Shown here: in pieces, positions 1-9,483 of the stretch | Layout: each line of letters begins with the position of its first letter | Numbering within the stretch: position 1 is the stretch's first letter | Virus record (IMG/VR): IMGVR_UViG_2974521666_000001 | From: a virus | Strand: one strand, 5' to 3' | DNA: 64,000 bases | Made by a program: the position numbers and the translations under genes | Notes under the pieces: model-generated | Database searches by the model: none | What the model saw: only the letters and a program-made list of their open reading frames with translations | What the model was told of the DNA's origin: nothing

Positions 1-1
1 G

Positions 2-1807
2 GGCCTGTTTCCCATAGACAAGGTACCGGATAAGCCCCACCCACACTGCCGGTGCTTCGTCACGCCTGAAGAGGCCGATGACGAGATGCTGGAGCACATG
101 TTTAACAGTGGGCAGCTAGATGACTACCTGGACAACTTCATTGAAGGTGGCGACGACGCAGTACCTCTTACTGAGGCAATTGGTTCCTTGAAGGGTGGCC
201 CAGAGCCGTTCGACATGATTCCGTCGCCGCCCGAACCAGCCACCACTAAGGCCGCGCAGCCCAAGGGCTGGACTGGACCTCTGGTGGCTAAGGCTGCTGC
301 GAATGAAACCGTTAGGGCGACAACCAATTCCATCTGGAAGGCTAATGTTGCCCGGCTTGCCTTCCTGAACAAGGCCCGTGAGGGCTCCAGAATCGTTGAG
401 ACCAAAGGCTATAGGGGCGGCCTGTCTTCAGCCGGCAAGAAAGCCATGCTGGGACATGATCTTGAGGTTGATGCCCCTGACTCCATGGCCTTGGACGTTG
501 GCCGTGAGCTAACGGCTCGCATTGCGTACTCTGAAGGTACAACCCAAGAGCTATTCCACGCTATCAATCTCGAGGGCGCTGATATTGACCGGCTGATTTC
601 TGGCTCGGCCGACATCAGCATCCCTTTGACGCAGGTATCCACTACTGCTGCAGATGCTTTCGAGGCTGCTGCTGCGTTGAAGAACACGGAAACCCGTGTG
701 CTGCTACGGTTTAAAGAGGGCACCAAGGCAGCAGAGATTGACCCCACCCGGCAAGTCACCATGGGGTGGCTTAAGGTCAACGGTGGCGTAAAACGTAGTG
801 AGCCATCGGGAGGCCACTACTACATTCTGGATGTGGAACAACGCGACGTCCGCGAATTCGAGGCCTTTACTCCTGAGGGACAAACGATTCCGGACTTTGA
901 GCTAATTCAGGAAAACAAGCTTGTCAGCGCCGCTACGAAGGTAGACCCTAGCGACACTAAGAAAGTCGCCGGCTCCCCTGTCGTTGAACCTGAGCCAGAG
1001 TTCAAGACTGTGCGGCAACGTATCTCTGAGTCCAAGGACATCTTCGAGATTCGCACAATCCTCAAGGAAGAGTACTATTTTCAACTTAACAACTGGGACG
1101 ATCAGCACCTTGATCTTGCGTCCGCCAAGGAAATTGCTCTTGGCCTAGAGAAGAACATTTCCAAGTACCCAGAGGCCCTGGACACACTGACTCACGTTGA
1201 GATATGGCCCAACGATGCTATGGACGGGGCCTATGCTCACGTACAACCGGAGTGGGACGGTTCATCGAAGTTGCGTCTCAACGTCAAGTTCGCCAACAAC
1301 TATGCTCAAATGGAGAAGAGCAAGAAGAGTGGTGAGACAAGGCGTTGGACCACCACTGGAGCAGGCACCAACCCGTGGGATGCCACCATCACGCACGAGT
1401 TTGGCCATGTGTTGGATTGGCGTTACACGCGTATGGATTCATGGAAAGATCTGAACGCCATTATGGAGAGTGAGTACGCCAAGGCCAATCCAGCGTACAA
1501 GAAGGATAACCACACCCTTGCTGGCCGTAAGAAATTGGTATCCAGGTGGCTCGGCGAACGAGATGTGATCGAGGACTACCACCCTGAAACAGGGGAGAAG
1601 AAAGCATTCTACCGGCACATTGGCGGTGCCCCCAGCGGCTACTCGGTGAGTAAACCTAATGACTGGGGATTCAACCCGGCTGAGCTAGTGGCAGAATCAT
1701 TTACGGACGTGGAGCGTAACGGGGACGGGGCCAAGCCAACATCTAAGGCAGTCCACAAGTGGCTCATGAGGAAACGTAAGAAGTTACAACAGGAAGGCGT
1801 GATGTGA
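2..1807 (+). CDS. MuF-like (phage head morphogenesis, SPP1 gp7 family) protein, 3' portion only (5' end lies outside the window), fused to a ~540-aa C-terminal extension with a HExxH zinc-metallopeptidase-like motif
   Basis: The ORF is open to the window edge in frame 2. The first residues (..DKPHPHCRCF..) match the conserved C-terminal end of the MuF domain. The extension contains ITHEFGHVLDW (HExxH). Confidence 0.55.
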   Translation, partial: GLFPIDKVPDKPHPHCRCFVTPEEADDEMLEHMFNSGQLDDYLDNFIEGGDDAVPLTEAIGSLKGGPEPFDMIPSPPEPATTKAAQPKGWTGPLVAKAAANETVRATTNSIWKANVARLAFLNKAREGSRIVETKGYRGGLSSAGKKAMLGHDLEVDAPDSMALDVGRELTARIAYSEGTTQELFHAINLEGADIDRLISGSADISIPLTQVSTTAADAFEAAAALKNTETRVLLRFKEGTKAAEIDPTRQVTMGWLKVNGGVKRSEPSGGHYYILDVEQRDVREFEAFTPEGQTIPDFELIQENKLVSAATKVDPSDTKKVAGSPVVEPEPEFKTVRQRISESKDIFEIRTILKEEYYFQLNNWDDQHLDLASAKEIALGLEKNISKYPEALDTLTHVEIWPNDAMDGAYAHVQPEWDGSSKLRLNVKFANNYAQMEKSKKSGETRRWTTTGAGTNPWDATITHEFGHVLDWRYTRMDSWKDLNAIMESEYAKANPAYKKDNHTLAGRKKLVSRWLGERDVIEDYHPETGEKKAFYRHIGGAPSGYSVSKPNDWGFNPAELVAESFTDVERNGDGAKPTSKAVHKWLMRKRKKLQQEGVM

Positions 1808-2028
1808 TCCCGGACAATTTCGACAGCAGGCCCGCATTTAACCGAGCACTTACTAACGCTAAAGAACACGGCCGCATGTGCCCCTTTGGCATAGGGTTGT
1901 CTACGGATACTATGCAGGCCATCAACGCGGTGGCTAAGGCGTACCCGAGCGCAACGGACGACCTAGTGGCACAGGCGCAGAACGCATTTCAGCGTGAAGT
2001 GGAACAGGAAGCCCTAGGACTGCAATAG
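1804..2028 (+). CDS. Hypothetical 74-aa protein translationally coupled to the MuF-HExxH gene; possible immunity or chaperone partner
   Basis: GTG start at 1804 overlaps the upstream TGA stop (GTGATGTGA), and the ORF sits in the structural operon. Confidence 0.4.
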   Translation: MIPDNFDSRPAFNRALTNAKEHGRMCPFGIGLSTDTMQAINAVAKAYPSATDDLVAQAQNAFQREVEQEALGLQ

Positions 2029-2131
2029 TTTCCGGCGATTTCGTTTGCGTGCCAACCCCCAGGCGCGGCCGACCGTGGGGTATCATCGCCTTCAAGCGAG
2101 CCTGCCGACCACTGAAAAGGTTAGAGACGCA

Positions 2132-2905
2132 ATGAAATCCTCCGAAGCTTTCGCCCTGTGGCCCATCCCGCCGTTTGGCGGTGAGACAGATGATGATACG
2201 TCTGGCGACGGCGCTGGTTCTGGCGATGGCGCAGCCGGTGGCGCTACGGGTACCGGTGGCACCCAAGGCAATACAGGCAAGGCTGACACCTCCAGTTCGT
2301 CTACTGGTGACGACACCGACGACGATGACGACGAATTCGCCGGCTTGACTCCTACGGAGATTAAGGCTTTGGCGAAGAAGAAGGCCCAGGAAGCCAAGGC
2401 GGCTGAAAAGGCCCGTAAAGAGGCACAGGCCAAGATCGACGCTGAAGAGCGGAAGAAGAACGACGAGGTCACCAATCTCCGCAAGGACGTTGAGGATCGC
2501 GACAACACCATTGCAACTCTACGTGCTACAGTTGCCAAGCAGGCCATTGAGGCTGCCATTCGTGACGATGGCCGCTGGTCATGGCACGACGTGGAGATGG
2601 TGGCTACCGTTGCAGCTCAAATCAATCCGGACATTGCCGTGAATGACGAGGGCAAGGTTGAGGGGTTGAAGGCAGCCCTTCCAAAGGTTGCCAAGCAGCA
2701 CCCGTTCCTGGTCAAGGAAGACAAGTCTTCTGTAGACAATGGGAACCAGGGTGGTAACGCCGGTGGCCGTCAGCAGCAGGCTGGTGGAAACGGCGGCGTT
2801 ACAGGCTTTCAGCCCGGTCAGGGCGGGACCAGTGGGGGTGCCGGGAACGAAACCGACACTAAGGCACTGGCAGAAAACTACCCGGCGCTCGCTGGCCGTA
2901 TCTGA
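2132..2905 (+). CDS. Scaffolding protein
   Basis: Acidic Gly/Asp-rich N-terminus, then a long Lys/Glu/Ala-rich predicted coiled coil (KKKAQEAKAAEKARKEAQAKIDAEERKK). It lies directly upstream of the capsid genes. ATG at 2132 follows an AAAGG motif. Confidence 0.55.
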   Translation: MKSSEAFALWPIPPFGGETDDDTSGDGAGSGDGAAGGATGTGGTQGNTGKADTSSSSTGDDTDDDDDEFAGLTPTEIKALAKKKAQEAKAAEKARKEAQAKIDAEERKKNDEVTNLRKDVEDRDNTIATLRATVAKQAIEAAIRDDGRWSWHDVEMVATVAAQINPDIAVNDEGKVEGLKAALPKVAKQHPFLVKEDKSSVDNGNQGGNAGGRQQQAGGNGGVTGFQPGQGGTSGGAGNETDTKALAENYPALAGRI

Positions 2906-2951
2906 TAGCGGCGCTAGGTAATCTGTTCCTACCGAGACTGAAAGGGATACA

Positions 2952-3620
2952 GTGAGTAGGTACGACAAGTACGATCCGAAGAATGGAGGATACCGGGCTC
3001 CCCTGGCATCCGACTTCTCGGCATCGAATCGTGAACGCTTGCTTGGCGTTGGGCATGACGCCCAGGGCCGAGTGGTCATTGGCGCTGGTGTCTCTGGCAT
3101 CACGGGCGTGCTCGTTTTGACCAAGGCACGCAAGGCCGGTGAAATCATCGACGTTATGACCAGCGGTGAGATCGTGGAATTCGGTCCTACGCTTGGTGTT
3201 CCGGGCGTGGATTTCGGTGAGCCTGGTACCGTATATTTCTCGGACGACTTGGGCAATGTCAGCTCGGGTAACGAAGAGGTGCAGACGGTTACTGTCACCA
3301 ACGACGAGAACCCCTTCACCCTCAGCTGGGACGGCGCTGGCCCGACGGCAAGCATTCCCGGGAACGCCACTGCTGCAGCGGTTCAGACGGCTCTGGAAGG
3401 CCTGAGCAACATCGATCCTGGTGACGTTGTGGTGACCGGTGAAGCCGGTGGCCCCTACGCAGTCAAGTTCACCGGACGGTACAACGACACCGACGTTCCG
3501 CAGATGACCGGTAGCAACGCTACCGTTTCCACCACGACCGCCGGAGGTTCAACCACTGGCCTTACCCGCGTAGGCCATACGGTGTCCGGTCAGCGCCTGA
3601 TTGTGAGGGTTGAGCACTGA
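2952..3620 (+). CDS. Head-module structural protein (222 aa, Thr/Val-rich beta-type C-terminus); function not assigned
   Basis: GTG start at 2952 after AAAGGGATACA; its stop overlaps the capsid gene start (TGATG); it lies between the scaffold and capsid genes. Confidence 0.4.
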   Translation: MSRYDKYDPKNGGYRAPLASDFSASNRERLLGVGHDAQGRVVIGAGVSGITGVLVLTKARKAGEIIDVMTSGEIVEFGPTLGVPGVDFGEPGTVYFSDDLGNVSSGNEEVQTVTVTNDENPFTLSWDGAGPTASIPGNATAAAVQTALEGLSNIDPGDVVVTGEAGGPYAVKFTGRYNDTDVPQMTGSNATVSTTTAGGSTTGLTRVGHTVSGQRLIVRVEH

Positions 3621-4849
3621 TGAACACTGCACTGCTTGAGAGTGACCTGAAGATGTTGCGGGACAACCCCTCTCTTCGCTCACTCCTGACGCGACTTCCG
3701 TTCGGCGGAGAAGACACTGCAGGCGGTTACGGCACTGAGGGCGATATCGTCTACACGACGAACGACAACGTCGACCTCAACGCGCTGTGGGCTGAAGCGC
3801 AGCAGGCTCTTACGATCTGGAACCAGGGCCGGAACAAACTGGTTTCTCTACTGACCTACCAGGTTACAAAGGAAATCGAGGAAGTGCCTCAGGTCGGCGA
3901 AGCTACCTTCGAGGAAGCGTCGGAATTCGGTGAGCCTGAAGGCGAACGGCTGAAGCTTGGCTACTTCCAGCTTGGTTTCGACTTCAAGGACTACGACCGG
4001 GCCACCCGCTTCACCTGGAAGGCGTTGCGAGACATGGACGCCCGTCAGGTGCGTGCGGTCAACAACGCCATGCTGCAGGCCGACGAGCGTCTCGTGTTCC
4101 GGAAGGTCATGGAGGCCATCTTCGACAACCGCAATCGCGAGACGGACATTCGGAACAACCCGTATCCGGTGTACCCACTCTACAACGGTGATGGCACCGT
4201 GCCGCCGTCCTACGGAGACAACACCTTCGACGGCACACACGACCACTACCTCGTGAGCGGCAATACCCTCATCGACAGCGGTGACCTGGAAGATGCGTAC
4301 GAGCATCTGTTCCATCACGGTTACAGCATCGAAAACGGTACGCAGATCATCTGTCTGATGAACCGTCGCCAGATCAAGGAAGTCCGGAAGTTCCGGATGG
4401 GCCAGGTCAACAACAACGGCGTTGAGGCCAATTACGATTTCGTGCCCTCTCGCAACCAGCCTGCCCAGTTCCTCGATGGGCCGTTGGGACTCATCGGCAC
4501 TCTTCCGCCCGACTGGTGGCAAGGTCTGCGGGTGAGCGGCAGCTACGATGACATCCTGATCATCGAGCAGCCGTTCATTCCTGACGGGTACTTCCTGATG
4601 TTCGGCGCTGGTGGAGCCGGCAATCTGCAGAACCTCGTAGGCTTCCGGGAGCACAAGAACCCGGTGTACCGTGGCCTGCGCATTCTGCCGGGCCGTGACG
4701 CTGGCTACCCGCTGATCGAGTCCTACTACACTAGGGCTTTCGGTACCGGTATCCGCCAGCGCGGTGGTGCCGTGGTCGTCCAGATCAAGGAGGACGGCGC
4801 TTACGAACCTCCCGAGCAGTACACCCGTGGTCTGGATCTGATTGCCTAG
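3620..4849 (+). CDS. Major capsid protein
   Basis: 409 aa, immediately after the scaffold and small head protein, followed by a strong stem-loop. Size and position are typical of HK97-fold capsid proteins of actinophages. Confidence 0.6.
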   Translation: MNTALLESDLKMLRDNPSLRSLLTRLPFGGEDTAGGYGTEGDIVYTTNDNVDLNALWAEAQQALTIWNQGRNKLVSLLTYQVTKEIEEVPQVGEATFEEASEFGEPEGERLKLGYFQLGFDFKDYDRATRFTWKALRDMDARQVRAVNNAMLQADERLVFRKVMEAIFDNRNRETDIRNNPYPVYPLYNGDGTVPPSYGDNTFDGTHDHYLVSGNTLIDSGDLEDAYEHLFHHGYSIENGTQIICLMNRRQIKEVRKFRMGQVNNNGVEANYDFVPSRNQPAQFLDGPLGLIGTLPPDWWQGLRVSGSYDDILIIEQPFIPDGYFLMFGAGGAGNLQNLVGFREHKNPVYRGLRILPGRDAGYPLIESYYTRAFGTGIRQRGGAVVVQIKEDGAYEPPEQYTRGLDLIA

Positions 4850-4863
4850 CAATCGGTTCCACT

Positions 4864-4900
4864 GAGGAGGGCCAGTGGCTTCTGGTCACTGGCCTTCCTC
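4864..4900 (+). terminator. 14-bp stem-loop immediately downstream of the major capsid gene (putative terminator or mRNA stabiliser)
   Basis: GAGGAGGGCCAGTG / CACTGGCCTTCCTC form an inverted repeat with a 9-nt loop, starting 15 nt after the capsid stop codon. Confidence 0.45.
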
Positions 4901-4925
4901 AGACCAAATATCGAAGGGGGACAAC

Positions 4926-5264
4926 ATGTCTCGAGTGATTCGAAACGACCACCTGTGGACTGATGAAGAGGTGGCCTACAAGCTGGCCCGGTGCCTGGGG
5001 CACGAGGTTGCAGCGAACCGTAAGATGTTCGGTCCCGGTGGTCCTCGTGAGGGGCAGGCCCCTGAGCCTGAGGACGACGAGGACGACGGCGTTACGCTGA
5101 GCCTGGATCAGGACATCTACGAGCACGTTCTCAACCTGAAGGTGGAAGACCTGAAGGCAGAACTGAAGCAGCACAGCCTTTCTACTCGTGGCAACGAGCA
5201 AGAGCTGCGGTCCACGCTGGCCCAGTACCTCCAGGATACAAGGGATGCCAACGACAACGAGTGA
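4926..5264 (+). CDS. SAP-domain protein (112 aa)
   Basis: ATG at 4926 follows GAAGGGGGA. The C-terminal segment LNLKVEDLKAELKQHSLSTRGNEQELRSTLAQYL fits the SAP helix-loop-helix DNA-binding motif. An acidic DEDDEDD linker is present. Confidence 0.45.
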   Translation: MSRVIRNDHLWTDEEVAYKLARCLGHEVAANRKMFGPGGPREGQAPEPEDDEDDGVTLSLDQDIYEHVLNLKVEDLKAELKQHSLSTRGNEQELRSTLAQYLQDTRDANDNE

Positions 5265-5613
5265 GCTTGTAGCTCTAGTCAACCGTCACCTTCCGACAGA
5301 CGCCAAACTGTCGGAAGATGATGGTGGCTATGGCTGGACAGACCAGTACGTAGAGGAGTTGCTCTCTACGGGTTTGAAGCCAGCTCAAGTCGTGAGGTTC
5401 TTTTGGTATCAGCGTACACAGGAAACTGCTGAGTACCTAGACCTTTCAAAGCCGTTGTCCCAGATCCATAGGCAGGCTAAGGAAATGCTTGCCTACTGGG
5501 ATACGGTGATACAGACCAACCCTGACGGCATGGAGCCGCTGGATCCCAGTGCTAACCAAAACCGTCACAAGAACATCACTTTCGGAAGCATTGAGAGGCC
5601 GTGGTCGAAATGA
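5245..5613 (+). CDS. Head-to-tail adaptor (connector) protein, putative
   Basis: ~120 aa, positioned after the capsid gene; ATG at 5245. Confidence 0.4.
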   Translation: MPTTTSELVALVNRHLPTDAKLSEDDGGYGWTDQYVEELLSTGLKPAQVVRFFWYQRTQETAEYLDLSKPLSQIHRQAKEMLAYWDTVIQTNPDGMEPLDPSANQNRHKNITFGSIERPWSK

Positions 5614-5987
5614 AGGCTAGCCTGCTCAATGCACTCCGTAAAGGCACCAATATTAGCCTCAAGATCGATAGCCACACTATCGTTCTCGTACCGCACGAGA
5701 AGACCCACAAGGGTGGTGGCGTGTACGACAATGAGGCCCAAACCCCTAGGCCTCCTCAGCAATTCTCCGTTGAGCAACCATCAGGTGGACTCCGGACGGC
5801 CGAGGGAGCCCTTCTGCACCAATGGGATTATGAGCTTGTCGGCGCATACAACGCCGCAATCGCCATCGGGGACACCTGGACTCACAACGGAATGGTGTAC
5901 CGGGTGACAACGATCATGCCTGACAACGGGTATGAGAAGCGCGCTGCCATAGTGGCCGTAGGTAAGGACCCGGCATATGGCACGTAG
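5610..5987 (+). CDS. Head closure or head-tail joining protein, putative
   Basis: ATG at 5610 overlaps the upstream TGA stop (ATGA); size and position fit a connector-module gene. Confidence 0.4.
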   Translation: MKASLLNALRKGTNISLKIDSHTIVLVPHEKTHKGGGVYDNEAQTPRPPQQFSVEQPSGGLRTAEGALLHQWDYELVGAYNAAIAIGDTWTHNGMVYRVTTIMPDNGYEKRAAIVAVGKDPAYGT

Positions 5988-6372
5988 TAGCGCTCAGATC
6001 CAGATCACAGGCATTGACCAGATGGCCCGTGCCATGAAAGAGCATGACCAGAAGGTCAAGCGTGCCATGGCTTTTGAGTTCAAGCGAGCTGAGCCGTTAG
6101 CCACTAGTTACGCTAAGAAGAACGCGCCGTGGACAGACCGTAGTGGCAACGCTCGTGCTGGGCTACACGCCAAGGCCCGGTCAATCGACGCAGGCAACGC
6201 GTTTGATTTGACCATGGCACACAGTGTGTTCTACGGCATCTTTCTTGAGACCCGGTGGTCCGGCAAGTACGCAATCCTGTTGCCTACCATCAACTATATT
6301 GGCAAGATTCTGATGCAACGCATTGAGTCTCGCCTAGGGAGGCTTGGGGATACGGGGGTGCCTCGTGAGTAG
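5977..6372 (+). CDS. HK97 gp10-like tail-component protein, putative
   Basis: 131 aa with a PW.TG..R.GL-type segment (KKNAPWTDRSGNARAGLHAK); position in the connector module. Confidence 0.45.
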   Translation: MARSSAQIQITGIDQMARAMKEHDQKVKRAMAFEFKRAEPLATSYAKKNAPWTDRSGNARAGLHAKARSIDAGNAFDLTMAHSVFYGIFLETRWSGKYAILLPTINYIGKILMQRIESRLGRLGDTGVPRE

Positions 6373-6793
6373 AGCTGCCTTGTTCAACGCTCTCATTGCC
6401 GACGCCACCCTGAACGGCTATGGAATCAATTCTAATACGGTGTTCCACAACTGGTCCAAGGAAGAGCGCCCTACTAACGGTACGGCTTTCGCTATCTTGC
6501 GCTGGGAGGACGAGGCGAAGCCCCTGTGGGGTAGTGAACCCGAGCGCGGGCCTCGCAACCTTACTGCGTGGGTACACTACCCAATTGAGCTGAGTAACGA
6601 CTTCAATAAGGTCACTAGGGTTTTAGACCGCATGGATGACGTTCTCAGAGGGCTCAGAGACGTTGCAGGGAATGATGGTTACAAGCTGTCGTTCGTGCAA
6701 CTTGGCGGCAGGTCACCCGACCTGGTGGATGATGGCTTCAACACCATCACGCGACACGCCAGCTACCAAATCTACTCAGTCCCATCGATTTAG
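6365..6793 (+). CDS. Tail terminator or tail completion protein, putative
   Basis: GTG at 6365 after a GGGGG motif; ~142 aa; last gene before the tail-tube region. Confidence 0.35.
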   Translation: MSRAALFNALIADATLNGYGINSNTVFHNWSKEERPTNGTAFAILRWEDEAKPLWGSEPERGPRNLTAWVHYPIELSNDFNKVTRVLDRMDDVLRGLRDVAGNDGYKLSFVQLGGRSPDLVDDGFNTITRHASYQIYSVPSI

Positions 6794-6801
6794 GAGAAGA
6801 C

Positions 6802-7203
6802 GTGGCAGAGGACAAGCCGGTGCTCAACCCGCCGACCAAACTTGACGTGGATCTCAGCACCAAAGCTGACGACAAGGCCGCTAAGACGGATGACCCTCGT
6901 CAGGGGTTGCCGACAACCGTACGGTTGCAGGAAAATCAGCCGGCGTACGACTACAGCAAGACGACCAAGGGCACTGATCCTCGGGGCAAGTACGTGCGGT
7001 ACAACGGTGTTGGCACCGTACGGGTCATGGGTCCCAAGGAGTGGAAGGCCGCTGGTGTCAAGTCGGACGACTACTTCGAGTGGAACGTCCTCAACAAGAA
7101 ACGAATCCCGTTGAGTTCGTTCAGCGATGAACAGCTGCAGTATCTGCTGCGTGTGGACGGCCGATTCGAGCTTGTTGAGGACAAGCCGGAAACCAAAGGC
7201 TGA
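6802..7203 (+). CDS. Hypothetical protein
   Basis: GTG start after AGGAGAAGAC; 133 aa. Confidence 0.35.
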   Translation: MAEDKPVLNPPTKLDVDLSTKADDKAAKTDDPRQGLPTTVRLQENQPAYDYSKTTKGTDPRGKYVRYNGVGTVRVMGPKEWKAAGVKSDDYFEWNVLNKKRIPLSSFSDEQLQYLLRVDGRFELVEDKPETKG

Positions 7204-7207
7204 CAAC

Positions 7208-7465
7208 ATGACTGTCGCTGTGTCCAGGGTCGAATACCGTTGCAAGGGTAAAGTGCACGGTGTTCGAAAGGTGTATCCCGACGGCAAGGTGTACGTTGAG
7301 ATTCGCTGCAAAGACCACTGGTGCACCGACAGGGAGCCGGGAGTTGTAGTGTTCCACTACTTCGATCCGGAAACTGGGGAACTGCACCACACGCAGAAGT
7401 ACTCCAGTGCAAAACCAACAAAGTCAGAGCGGGTACAGCTCGAATCAGATTGCAACGAAAGGTGA
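7208..7465 (+). CDS. Hypothetical small protein (85 aa) with paired Cys/His residues
   Basis: ATG at 7208 after AAAGG; contains RCKGK..RCKDHWC. Confidence 0.35.
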   Translation: MTVAVSRVEYRCKGKVHGVRKVYPDGKVYVEIRCKDHWCTDREPGVVVFHYFDPETGELHHTQKYSSAKPTKSERVQLESDCNER

Positions 7466-7472
7466 TTCAGCA

Positions 7473-8330
7473 ATGACTTCCGCATTGGCTACGCAGGCCA
7501 AGTACCCCTTTGGTCTGCGAGATGTGAAGCTGTACCCCTTCATGGACAGTGAGGGCACCCAGCTCGCTGAAGAAGGTTTCGATCTCCCTGCGGCGCAGAC
7601 CTTTTCGTTCGCCGACAGTGAGGACTTCACTGACCTTCGAGGCGACGACGTTCTGTTGGCCAGCCACGGCAATGGCGCACAGGTCAACTGGACCATCGAG
7701 GCCGGTGGTATCAGCCTGCAGGCATGGGCCATTCTCACCGGTGGACAGATCATCGAGGAGGGGGTGGCCCCGAACCGGACCATTACTCTCCGTAAGTGCT
7801 CCGATGACGCACGCCCGTACTTCCAGGTGCGTGGCTTGGCCATGAACGACAACGGCGGCGACACCGTCGGTATCGTGTACCGCGCCAAGTGCAACGGTGA
7901 TGTGTCCGGCACGTTCGGTGACGGCCAGTTCTTCGTCACTAGCGCTGATGGCATTGGTCTTCCTATGCCTGGCACCAAGCTGCTGTACGACTTTGTGCAG
8001 CATGAGAGCCAGACGTTCCTTTCCTTGGAGCCTGAGCCCTTGCCCATCCTGCCGCCGAAGAACGTTGTGGTGGTTGTTCTTTCGCCCACCACTGGCAAGG
8101 CAATTTGGGAGCCGGTTACCGGGTACACCAAGTACTCTTACCAGCTGTCCACCGACGCCGGGGTTACCTGGGGTGCTGCCACTGAAGTCACAGCCAATGA
8201 AGCGTCTCTTACGCTTACGGCTGATACGGATTACCTCATCCGTGTGACTGGCGTTGTTGGCACTGATGTGGGCAACTACGGTACCCCGGTGGCATTCAGC
8301 ACCCCGGCAGAGCCAGGCGGCGGGGACTAA
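7473..8330 (+). CDS. Major tail protein
   Basis: 285 aa, immediately upstream of the chaperone and tape-measure genes; the C-terminus has an Ig/FN3-like Thr-rich segment; ATG after AAAGGTGA. Confidence 0.6.
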   Translation: MTSALATQAKYPFGLRDVKLYPFMDSEGTQLAEEGFDLPAAQTFSFADSEDFTDLRGDDVLLASHGNGAQVNWTIEAGGISLQAWAILTGGQIIEEGVAPNRTITLRKCSDDARPYFQVRGLAMNDNGGDTVGIVYRAKCNGDVSGTFGDGQFFVTSADGIGLPMPGTKLLYDFVQHESQTFLSLEPEPLPILPPKNVVVVVLSPTTGKAIWEPVTGYTKYSYQLSTDAGVTWGAATEVTANEASLTLTADTDYLIRVTGVVGTDVGNYGTPVAFSTPAEPGGGD

Positions 8331-8375
8331 GCCCTACCCTCTAGCAAGACAAGACATTCCGAGAAAGGAAGACCA

Positions 8376-9152
8376 ATGTCCTACCCTGGTGTAGACCCCA
8401 CTGATACCATCACGAAGGAACCTGTTGGGACACAGGAGGTTTCAGTGGGGGAAACCCCTACTCCTGCTGCTCTTTTGGCATCTGCAGCCGGCGACCAAGC
8501 ACCGCAAGATGTTGATGAGGCCGTAAAGGCCGCAGTCAAAGACCTCTTTGCGGTTAACGAAAAAGCCTGGAAGCCTAAGCGGGTCGTCAAGTTCGTTGTC
8601 GATTGCCCGTCGGGGCAGGTGGCGCTGGTGAAGCACCTAGACACACTTGACCTGATCGAACACGATCTGGTTGAGGAACTGGACTTCTTCACCCGCAAGC
8701 TCTTTCCGGCAGACATCGACGCCAGCGGCAATCCTGTAGAGGTGCAAGCCAAGGTGGAGGACAACATCTGGCAGGCCTTGCGTGACCCTGAGAAACGCCG
8801 TCGCTTTCTAGAGGTTACGGGCCGTCTGATGCAAGCAGCGTCGATCAAGCCCAAGATTATTCACGATGGTGTCGTGTTGGTTGAGGACAAGGACAGCGCT
8901 GAAACGGGTAGAAAGACAACCAAGTTCGGCTATGAGCTTGACATGGCAGAACAGCTGGAGCACTTCAAGAGGCCCATCCCACCTCTCAAAGACGGGGAAG
9001 TGTACTCTGGCTATGTCGATTTCGCAGACAGGATGGCCTTCTTCCAAGAGCTGAACAAGCCTTTGGGGATGATCGAACCGTTTCGCGAAGAACAAGCTGC
9101 AGTGCTACAAGATATGGCACGAGGCGAAGGACATGGGGGTGAGACCCAGTGA
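8376..9152 (+). CDS. Tail assembly chaperone (gpG-like)
   Basis: Acidic ~258-aa protein directly upstream of the tape-measure gene, overlapped at its 3' end by a second ORF in another frame. Confidence 0.55.
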   Translation: MSYPGVDPTDTITKEPVGTQEVSVGETPTPAALLASAAGDQAPQDVDEAVKAAVKDLFAVNEKAWKPKRVVKFVVDCPSGQVALVKHLDTLDLIEHDLVEELDFFTRKLFPADIDASGNPVEVQAKVEDNIWQALRDPEKRRRFLEVTGRLMQAASIKPKIIHDGVVLVEDKDSAETGRKTTKFGYELDMAEQLEHFKRPIPPLKDGEVYSGYVDFADRMAFFQELNKPLGMIEPFREEQAAVLQDMARGEGHGGETQ

Positions 9153-9483
9153 GCTATGGGGCATCTCATGGCCGCTGGCAGCCTTCTACTTTGACCGTGC
9201 CCTAAGGAACTGGGCCACATTCGTTGACCGTCGCGTGGAGGAAGCAGAGATGACAGTGCGGATGCAGATGAAAAACCGTAAAGGCACAGACGGTTTCGCA
9301 TTGCAAGCTCGACACGTGGCGTTCAACAAGCTTATGGGCCTAGATGTTTCGAGCGCGTATGCACCTCCACCTGTAGCACCCAATGCCGCTGGCGCGGGCA
9401 AACGCAATTTGCGAGACGTTAGTGCTCCTAAGGTTCTCAGTGCCGAGGGGCATAAGATCGACCTCAGTAAGTTCAACGGATGA
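9133..9483 (+). CDS. Tail assembly chaperone, frameshift-extension ORF (gpGT-like product, presumably made by a translational frameshift from 8376..9152)
   Basis: It overlaps the end of the upstream chaperone ORF by 20 nt in the +1 (equivalently -2) frame, next to a G5 run (CATGGGGGTGAG). It ends by overlapping the tape-measure start codon. Confidence 0.45.
   Translation: MGVRPSELWGISWPLAAFYFDRALRNWATFVDRRVEEAEMTVRMQMKNRKGTDGFALQARHVAFNKLMGLDVSSAYAPPPVAPNAAGAGKRNLRDVSAPKVLSAEGHKIDLSKFNG

Noticed and set aside
3848-4852. Long minus-strand ORFs antisense to structural genes (for example 3848-4852, 6790-7326, 7445-8131, 18055-18639, 20044-20553)
   Set aside because: Typical high-GC antisense artefacts. 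They overlap plus-strand genes that have recognisable domains, RBSs and operon-style start/stop overlaps, and they have no RBS or coding signature of their own.
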